From Histomonas meleagridis 2922-C6/04-290x (lineage: Eukaryota; Protista; Parabasalia), in assembly GCA_020184695.1 (NCBI GenBank), contig JAANOX010000111.1:62001-126000 (forward strand): 64,000 nucleotides of DNA, given 5' to 3'. A program made the translations under genes and the position numbers. The notes under the pieces were generated by a model, which saw nothing but the letters and a program-made list of their open reading frames with translations, ran no database searches and was not told where the DNA came from. Positions 56,165 through 64,000 of this stretch are shown here, one piece after another (positions within the stretch are counted from its first letter, which is position 1; each line of letters opens with the position of its first letter).

Positions 56165-58975
56165 ATGGGCGAAGCACAATTCGTCGCTTTCTACCGCCCA
56201 TGTCAACCAGCTATCATCGAAGATGCTTCTTTTGTCAAAAAAAAGAGTGCGCAAATGATATCAGATAAATTAAACCTTTCTCAAACAGACGAATTTCTTT
56301 CAATCACCACTCCACTTAACCGGAAAATGTTAGAAAAAAACATAGTTGTGGTTGATAAGTATCCTCAACTTATCCTTAAGACTAAGCCAGGAAACTATTT
56401 AAAACCAGATTACTATTTTTCTATTCTTCCTAATTCTATGGCAAATCTTTCTTGTATATATGTTAAAGTCACAGAGAAAAGTGGTATTGAAATACCACCA
56501 TTTGAAGTCACATTTAACAAAGAAGATTATACAGATAAAAAGTTTTCAGATTTTTCGAACTTTATTCTTGAACAATTTGATCTTGGCGTATCTGAGTATT
56601 CATTTGAAATTGGTTATCAACGTATGTCCCCAGATAGCACTGCTTTATCTGTAATTTCAAATTTAGATAAGTATCAATTAATTCTTGCATGTAAACTCAA
56701 CGACGAAAGTGTTGCGAAAGTAAACCTACGGCATAACATCATTAATGAGCTTATAACCACAGAAGTCACATTTATTAAAGGACTTCAAGTTCTTATTGAT
56801 TATTGGAAGCCAAATCTTCTTAAACTTAAAATGATTACCGAAGATGAAGCCAACTTTATTTTCCATGAATTCCCTGTTATCATTAACTTCCATTCTCAAT
56901 TCCTTGAGAACTTACAAAGTCGAGGCTCATCATATTCGTCATTTTTGTCAGATGTTTTCATTGAATTTTCGTCATTTTTCAAGATTTCACTACTTTACAT
57001 CACAAGTTATAGTTCTATCTTACAACTTATCTATGAAAAAGCAAAATCGAAAGATTTCAAGTCCAAACTTAAACAATTAGCGAACGATACAGAAGATCAA
57101 AATGAACTTGTTCAATATTTAATTACTCCAGTTCAACGTACACCACGTTATATGTTATTTTTGAAGCAATTAATTCATAACACGCCAAAGTCACATCCAG
57201 ATTTTCCAATGCTAAAATTTGCCCTACAAAAGATTGAAGAAGTTGCAAAACAAATCGATCATTCCGCACAAGTTGCAGAGAACAATTCACAACTATTAGC
57301 AATCCAAAACAATTTATTAACACATTTCGATTTAGTAATACCATCACGAACAATTGTTATGACAGTTCCTATAAACTTTAAGAAGCCTAAAGCCGGCATT
57401 GGAATGTTTTATCTTTTTAATGACTTAGTAATGATTACAAGAGAAGAAAGAGGTGGACAACAATTGATTCATGACGAAAGTCCATTTACATTTTCATATA
57501 AACATAAAAAAGAGTCCGAGTTTTCATTCATCGGCTCTGACTTTAAACGCGGCTTCAATCGCTTCCAATTCTTTGAGTTTGAAATCCCGAATCAAAAGCA
57601 AAGAGAAGCATTGATTGAGAAGTTGACGTCTGTTAAAAATGATTTATATTCCAAACAAAAGAATAACATGTTTCAAAAGAAACGAATTGTCCCATATGGT
57701 GATATCCAACCATTATCAGGACATGACGCATCATTTATTGGGAATAGTTTATATATATTTGGAGGCATTAGTAATGGCGAATATTCCGATAACATTTATA
57801 TCTATAAAGCATCGAATTCTTTTATGTCATTTATTCCAACGAATTTAGGTAAAAGAATCGATCATTCAGTCACATGTATTGACACAAATATTTATATTTT
57901 TGGCGGAATGAATAACGCCGAAATATTTAATGACATTTGGTGTTTCGATACCATTAAATTACAATTAAATAAGATCGAAATTCCTGAAAATAATAAATTA
58001 CCAGAGCCGAGATATGCACATTCTGCAGTTTCGTTTTGTAATTGTATTTATATATTTGGAGGAATTAATAAGAAGAAGAAACTATTAAATGATTTATGGG
58101 AATTTAACACAATTAATTGTGAATGGAAATTAATAAATTTACCATCACAACCTACGAAACCAATCGCATATCATTCAATGAATGTTATTAATAATATAAT
58201 GTATATCCATGGAGGCATTAATGAAAATAATGAACCGACAAATGATTTCTACATGTTAAACTTAATCGAAATGAAATGGATTCCACAAAACTCTGATTTC
58301 GGTACTGTTTTACCACGCGCAATGCATCGCTCTGTAACACTTGGGTCATTTATAATATACATTGGTGGCACTGATTCTAAAAAGATTGTACCACCTGCGA
58401 TATTTGATACCAAACTCAAACGTTATCAAATTTCTACATGTACGTCCAAATGTAAGAACTTAATTAACTTCTCATTAAGTTGTTATGAGAAAACTCTTTA
58501 TACATTTGGTGGTAATGATATATATTCCAAACAAACTTCATTGAAATTGTATAATTTGACAATTCCGCCGTTTTTGGATTCGATGCTTGAAGAAGAAAAA
58601 ATACATAGGAAACCTTTCGCTAACCCGCGAATGGTTAAACGATTTAGAACAACAGAATTCTTAAATGGAAATAACATTAATAACTCGAATCAAGCTCTGA
58701 ATAAGGTTAAAAGAGGAAGTCTCTCGACAAAGAAAAGGAAGTTGGTGACAGTAACAAGAGACCATAAAAGAAGCGGAAGCATGTGCGAGTCAAGCGGATT
58801 GAAGCAATGCGAAATGTCATCGAGCGAAAAGCAAGAAAGCGACTCAGGCCATATAAAGAAGAGAAGAAGAAGAAAACATTCTCAAATTCTACCGCAGCCA
58901 AAAATGGATATTTTGATACAAGCACAAAATGTAAATGAGTTAAATCAAGAGCAAAACGATTCAAATCATATGTAA
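56165..58975 (+). CDS. RhoGEF (DH-PH) protein with C-terminal Kelch repeats
   Basis: DH: RHNIINELITTEVTFIKGL and YLITPVQRTPRYMLFLKQL. PH-like: MFYLFNDLVMI. About six Kelch blades (LYIFGG, IYIFGG, IYIFGG, MYIHGG, IYIGG, LYTFGG). Confidence 0.88.
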   Translation: MGEAQFVAFYRPCQPAIIEDASFVKKKSAQMISDKLNLSQTDEFLSITTPLNRKMLEKNIVVVDKYPQLILKTKPGNYLKPDYYFSILPNSMANLSCIYVKVTEKSGIEIPPFEVTFNKEDYTDKKFSDFSNFILEQFDLGVSEYSFEIGYQRMSPDSTALSVISNLDKYQLILACKLNDESVAKVNLRHNIINELITTEVTFIKGLQVLIDYWKPNLLKLKMITEDEANFIFHEFPVIINFHSQFLENLQSRGSSYSSFLSDVFIEFSSFFKISLLYITSYSSILQLIYEKAKSKDFKSKLKQLANDTEDQNELVQYLITPVQRTPRYMLFLKQLIHNTPKSHPDFPMLKFALQKIEEVAKQIDHSAQVAENNSQLLAIQNNLLTHFDLVIPSRTIVMTVPINFKKPKAGIGMFYLFNDLVMITREERGGQQLIHDESPFTFSYKHKKESEFSFIGSDFKRGFNRFQFFEFEIPNQKQREALIEKLTSVKNDLYSKQKNNMFQKKRIVPYGDIQPLSGHDASFIGNSLYIFGGISNGEYSDNIYIYKASNSFMSFIPTNLGKRIDHSVTCIDTNIYIFGGMNNAEIFNDIWCFDTIKLQLNKIEIPENNKLPEPRYAHSAVSFCNCIYIFGGINKKKKLLNDLWEFNTINCEWKLINLPSQPTKPIAYHSMNVINNIMYIHGGINENNEPTNDFYMLNLIEMKWIPQNSDFGTVLPRAMHRSVTLGSFIIYIGGTDSKKIVPPAIFDTKLKRYQISTCTSKCKNLINFSLSCYEKTLYTFGGNDIYSKQTSLKLYNLTIPPFLDSMLEEEKIHRKPFANPRMVKRFRTTEFLNGNNINNSNQALNKVKRGSLSTKKRKLVTVTRDHKRSGSMCESSGLKQCEMSSSEKQESDSGHIKKRRRRKHSQILPQPKMDILIQAQNVNELNQEQNDSNHM

Positions 58976-59079
58976 AAGTACTTTCGATAGGAATTTTTTT
59001 TAATATATATTCATTAAATTTGTTATGAAAATTTAATAATAAATCTTTGAATAAAAATTAAAGTAAATTTGATGATTGA

Positions 59080-59793
59080 ACTTAAATTAATGACTTTGCA
59101 TAATATACATCATTATAACTCAAATCATTATTTGGAAAAATACCAGACATTTCGCATTGAAAATACTGATGAATATCGAGATTTCTATCTTTCATCATTG
59201 GATGCAGGTATTGTAACGGTAGCGAAGAATTTTGCTGTCGATATCAGAAGCCTACCCAATATCTTTCATAATAAATTCTTATTTAATCAAATATTTATTA
59301 ACCTGTTTAAATTATCTTCAAAGATTTTGTATAAATCAATTTTATCCTTTTTCTTCATGAAATTTCATAAGGAATGAATCATTGATAATATTCGACAAAA
59401 TTGAATTGATTAAAATTTCTTCAGCGAAACTTTTAAGTATATTGTTCTTAAAATCATTCATTATTCAGTTACTTTGAATATTTCTTTCTAATTCTGATTA
59501 TATAGATTTTTAAAAATTAAAAAGATAAAATTGCGATAAAAAAGCACTATATATCAAATTACTGACTAAAAGATTAAATAAATAAGAAAAATTTTTTATC
59601 AAAAAAAATTCATTGCAGATTGAGAAGATAATTTAACATTATCTTCTGTTAATTCAAAAATAATTTTTTCTAGTGACTGGAATGGAGCTTAATTCTTTTT
59701 AGTGTTGCTTGGATTTTTCGGGTTTGATGTTTGATTTCTTTTTTACTAATTTTTGAAATCTATTTTTGATCAAGTTCATTGAAAGGTTTCCAT
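59080..59793 (-). pseudogene. Frameshifted N-terminal remnant of the DUF3447/ankyrin family
   Basis: The minus strand gives LEKIIFELTEDNVKLSSQSAMNFF...NLLVSNLIYSAFLSQ, matching the paralog at 2092 (LEEIIFGLSEDNISES...NLILSRIIYSSILSQ), with multiple stops and frameshifts. Confidence 0.6.
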
Positions 59794-60393
59794 TAAGTTG
59801 GGGTTTCATGATGAAAAATTACAAAAAGATTTCGTTAATATTAATGCACTCAAAAAGTTTTGACGACCGTTATTATGCGCCGCACACCAAACGATAAATG
59901 TGAAGTGAAGTCGATTGAAACTGTAAGGTTTTGAAGGGCGGGTGGTTCTTTTGTGAATGGAGAAAAGATAATTAACCGTTAATCGTTTTCAAATATGTAA
60001 AAAACAATAAAATATTTTTTTTTGCGAAACTAGTAAATAATAAAATATTTTAATTTTACAAATATCTAAAATATCAGATATGATAAAAATAATTCAAATA
60101 TTAAAGTTTTTATAATCAAAATTAAACGATTTTTAAGCATTTCTTTTTTTCAATGCGTAACTTCCCAGAAAATGTTTCAGCGTCGTTAAATGAAATTTTT
60201 TAAGGAATATTTATGATCAATAATATATAAGTTTTAGATAATTATTATTTCTGTTAAATTTGATATTTTAGATTAGTACTAATGTTATACAATTTAAACG
60301 CTAACTCGAATAAATATTTATTTGACAGTGGGAGATGATTTCACTTTTTGACAGATTTTCATTAAAGGGTAAAAAGGGTAATATTTTAAACAA

Positions 60394-63300
60394 ATGAAAC
60401 GAGAATTAACACTGCTGTCTCTCTCGAATCAATGGGGAATTACGGCCCTATTTGTCTTTATGAAAGAATCCAAAGTAAGTTATTCAACGTTTAATTCATC
60501 TTTGGAAGCTCAACTACAGTATGTTAATGATCCCAATTTTTCCAAATTTTTTTCAAAGTTATCACCTGGTTATGAGAACATTACTCTTTCTGACATTGCT
60601 CACTATCGAAGTACAATTGAAAATCTCATTCTTGATTTGTTAGATGATACTTCGTTGATTCATGTTTTAAATTCAACAACGAAAGCTCTTAAGTCTGCTA
60701 TAATCCTTGGCGCCAGGATTCTTGATCCCAACAAGGAAATAGTTCACCCACGTTCACCCACAAAATCAGGACTTTCAATTCCAGCCAGTTTTTATTCCAC
60801 ATTAAATGTTCTTTTATCATTTATTCAAAAGCTCTTTGAGAAGGTCCCACGACAGTCCATACCAAATCTTTCAACTGACATTTTTGATCTAATGCTTGAT
60901 ATCCTTATGAAGCGTAAACAAACGAATGGTGTTGAAGGTGCGATCCTTAGCATCCTATCATCGATTCCACAATATTCCACCCAACTCTGGACCAACATCA
61001 TTCAAATTTCACGAATGAAAGATGATAAGAAAATCAAGAGCAAACTCACGAGTCTTACCGAAGGCATCAAAGTTATTCGTCATTATCCTGATGAAAACGA
61101 TTCCACCTCCACAGAATCCAATCTATTAGAAATATCGAATAATATCAATATTCTCAAAGGTAAATGGTCGATACCAATTATTCTTCCAATCATTTCCTCG
61201 TCACTTGTTTTCTTTTATTCCAAGTGTAAACAAGTTAGTTCGTCAGATTCATTATCATCATTCATACAAGCGCAATTCCAATTTACACAACAAAACACCA
61301 CATTAGAGACATTGTTGTCATTTGTTAACCTATTTCCCTTTTCTAATGAGACCGATTTCAATACATATTTACCTAAACTCATTCAGATGTTAAACAAGAA
61401 TTATTCCAGTTTATCCGCTACATCATATTTCCAAGTCATTACGCAACTTATTGAAGGTTGTATTGTCCGACCTCATGGCTGTAGTAATTTATTTAATTTA
61501 TTAATTTCACATTGGTTTAATCAAAACAAACAAATCTCAATTAACTCACCTTATAAAGAAGATAGTTTGTTATTAATTAATGTATTTTCATCATTATTTA
61601 AAGTTGCTCCAAAAGAAACAGAGGAATTTTTCTTGAAATTATTAAACTCAAATATTACAACACAAACATTAAACTTTTTATACTCAGTTATTCATGTAAT
61701 ATCAGTCAGTGAACAACAACAAGTTACAAAAATAGCACCAGCAATGGTACCATCAATTAAGAACATTATTAATAAAGATGAACCACCTAATGAAGAGTTA
61801 CAACTAGTTATTCCATTATTATCATTATTATGGCAAAATGTACCAGACTTCCATAGTGATATTACTAATTTAATGATTCGATGTTCGAAAACTAAAGATA
61901 TAACAATCTTAGGTAACACTGCATCATTCTTCATAGAGATAATGGAACATTATCCAATTGGTTCAATGCCATCCAAATTATTAGTTACATTTTCAGGACA
62001 ATTTTTACGTCGTGTCGATGAATGTGTTTCTGAACCAATATTAGCAAAGAACTTTAAGTTATATTCTTCTTATGTGAAAGCATTTATTGATTATGCAGAG
62101 AAAGGGAAAGAAGTTGTTGATGAAATGTTATGGAATCAATTTTTATCATTATGTGAAAGTCGATTATTAGTATATGCATTATTCCCAGATATTAATGTAA
62201 CAAATATAGTTCGACAAACTTGGAAACATTTAAGTAAAGATACTGTTGTCTATAAAGATAAAAATCCTCCATTAGCTACAGTAATTCCAGATATTACACA
62301 AAATCCAATATATCAATTATCAAAACATACTAATTTCCATGGGTTTGAAACACGATATTTATCATTAGCTACATATTTTGCTAAGCCTAATGGTAAAATA
62401 CCAAAAGAATTCCATAATGCTATAGCTAAATTATTATTTGCATTATATAAAACAAAATATTATGAAAATAATGAACCTTTAAATCAACAAGTAGTTACTA
62501 TACTTGTCGATACATTACAACGATTTTCTCAACAAGAAATCTTTAATTTAGTTTGTTTGTCTGATAATAATTCTTGGTATTATATCATAGATAAAATTAG
62601 TAATAATACACAAATTACTTTACCTACAAAACTTAAATATGTTTGGTCACTTTCATCACATATTAAGTTTTGTAAAACTGTTTTAGAATCAGAACAAATT
62701 CGTAAGAACTTATGTATAATATTTGAAGCTTTTATCCAATCTCCATTACCGAAGAATGAAAGTGAACAATCAATTGAAGTTATAGGCGCAGAATTTTGTG
62801 CTACATTTGTCCGAACTATATCAAATCAATTTAAAGATGAACAAATATTTAATGATTTTAATAACTTAATCATTAAAATCATTTCAAGATTAAATCCGGA
62901 TTCAATTACATTACCCGATATACCACATGTATTTGCATTATTAGAATTAATTCATGCATTATTAGATACAAAACCTATTGATAATAATACTGTCGAAAAT
63001 GTATTAGATTGGACATTATATATAGCATTAAAAACTAAAGGTTCAACAATATTACAATTACAATGTCATGATGTAGTATTATCATTAGTTAAAAATAACT
63101 CAAATTCATTACCATTAATTATGCAATGTTGTTTTAGAGCTTCTTCTTTAACTACTGCACATGTCGCTTCTGCTATTATTAGTTCTAAAGTTTCAAGTAC
63201 TGATTTAGCTATATTATCATTAGGTTTAAGTAGTAGACCTTCAATGATATGTAGAGCTATTTCAGCCGAAATTGCAAATACTTCATCAAATGCAAAGTTT

Positions 63301-64000
63301 TCACCACTTGCTTGTATTGATCCATTATTTGAAGAGAAAATTGTTGAATTTTATGCTTCTTCATTTACACCAGAAAATGTCCGTAAATTAATGTTACAAA
63401 TTCCTTCATTATTAACAACTGGTGAAAGTGATCCATCATCAGTTCAACATTTCTTACTATTACAAAATCGATTAACTAAAATCACTAAAGTTAAAACAGT
63501 ATTAACATTATTACATTTAACAGCTATTACTGAATTTAGTGATTTAACACCTATTAAACCTTTAATACCAATTTGGGATCAAGTCTTTGAAAGTCCACCA
63601 GATAAATTAGAGAATATATTAGAAATGATATTAAATGAAGTCAAATCTATTACTGATGCTAAAATGCTTACAGCTTGTTGTATATCATTTTCAAGAGCAT
63701 TCTTTAAATATCCTAAACAAACAGCTACATTTATAATCGAACATTTACGTGTAACTACAGATCCTAATTTATCATTTGATAATTTTAAGCCGACAACAAT
63801 TGAATTAGTAATATCAGCAGTGTTAAGTTTCATCTTCGATTTAGAAACTGATCGACAACGTTTTGTTGTTTGTTTCTTAGATCATATTCGATTTATATTA
63901 GTATGGGCCATTTTCTTACGATTTAATCCATTATATGAACATCATCATTTACCACCATTAGTTACATCTATTATGCATGCAGCTGTACCTGATTCAAGTT
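60394..64000 (+). CDS. Large hypothetical alpha-helical (HEAT-like) protein, 3' end beyond window
   Basis: Frame open from ATG 60394 (alternative ATG 60460) to the window end in the lines translated by hand, >1200 aa, Leu/Ile/Ser-rich helical composition. Missing from the ORF track because no stop falls in the window. Confidence 0.75.
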   Translation, partial: MKRELTLLSLSNQWGITALFVFMKESKVSYSTFNSSLEAQLQYVNDPNFSKFFSKLSPGYENITLSDIAHYRSTIENLILDLLDDTSLIHVLNSTTKALKSAIILGARILDPNKEIVHPRSPTKSGLSIPASFYSTLNVLLSFIQKLFEKVPRQSIPNLSTDIFDLMLDILMKRKQTNGVEGAILSILSSIPQYSTQLWTNIIQISRMKDDKKIKSKLTSLTEGIKVIRHYPDENDSTSTESNLLEISNNINILKGKWSIPIILPIISSSLVFFYSKCKQVSSSDSLSSFIQAQFQFTQQNTTLETLLSFVNLFPFSNETDFNTYLPKLIQMLNKNYSSLSATSYFQVITQLIEGCIVRPHGCSNLFNLLISHWFNQNKQISINSPYKEDSLLLINVFSSLFKVAPKETEEFFLKLLNSNITTQTLNFLYSVIHVISVSEQQQVTKIAPAMVPSIKNIINKDEPPNEELQLVIPLLSLLWQNVPDFHSDITNLMIRCSKTKDITILGNTASFFIEIMEHYPIGSMPSKLLVTFSGQFLRRVDECVSEPILAKNFKLYSSYVKAFIDYAEKGKEVVDEMLWNQFLSLCESRLLVYALFPDINVTNIVRQTWKHLSKDTVVYKDKNPPLATVIPDITQNPIYQLSKHTNFHGFETRYLSLATYFAKPNGKIPKEFHNAIAKLLFALYKTKYYENNEPLNQQVVTILVDTLQRFSQQEIFNLVCLSDNNSWYYIIDKISNNTQITLPTKLKYVWSLSSHIKFCKTVLESEQIRKNLCIIFEAFIQSPLPKNESEQSIEVIGAEFCATFVRTISNQFKDEQIFNDFNNLIIKIISRLNPDSITLPDIPHVFALLELIHALLDTKPIDNNTVENVLDWTLYIALKTKGSTILQLQCHDVVLSLVKNNSNSLPLIMQCCFRASSLTTAHVASAIISSKVSSTDLAILSLGLSSRPSMICRAISAEIANTSSNAKFSPLACIDPLFEEKIVEFYASSFTPENVRKLMLQIPSLLTTGESDPSSVQHFLLLQNRLTKITKVKTVLTLLHLTAITEFSDLTPIKPLIPIWDQVFESPPDKLENILEMILNEVKSITDAKMLTACCISFSRAFFKYPKQTATFIIEHLRVTTDPNLSFDNFKPTTIELVISAVLSFIFDLETDRQRFVVCFLDHIRFILVWAIFLRFNPLYEHHHLPPLVTSIMHAAVPDSS

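Noticed and set aside
60475-60480. GTAAGT donor-like motif near the start of the large ORF
   Set aside because: The frame is open through it and no ACTAAC..AG acceptor follows.

Overview
AT-rich, gene-dense eukaryotic DNA, most consistent with a parabasalid (trichomonad): compact essentially intronless genes, TCAYT Inr-type starts, DUF3447/ankyrin family, R2R3 Myb and bacterial-type ATP-PFK. The housekeeping genes are a PDI-like protein (3'-truncated, absent from the ORF track), an NPL-domain protein, RPL37, a sirtuin, a NIF phosphatase, SAR1, TOR, a PX-domain protein, a GT31 glycosyltransferase, tRNA-Lys(CTT), Myb, a CK2-alpha-like kinase, DDI1, an importin-alpha-like protein, actin, ARPC1, PFK, a RhoGEF-Kelch protein and a >1200-aa ORF running off the right end. 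Accessory content is a P-element-like transposase with one in-frame TGA between imperfect inverted repeats, TE-like dispersed repeats, and a 3.2-kb modular tandem array that forms an N/S/Q-rich ORF. The most striking signal is in the DUF3447-ankyrin genes. Every ankyrin repeat is separated from the next by an AT-rich spacer of almost invariant length: exactly 80 nt between the 'KD' and 'TAL' codons in 14 of 18 measurable cases across three loci, by manual count. Most spacers break the reading frame, about half also contain stops in the downstream frame, and they have no usable GT-AG or AT-AC ends, while the ankyrin modules keep their consensus. This suggests a non-canonical intron or recoding system, which needs RNA evidence.
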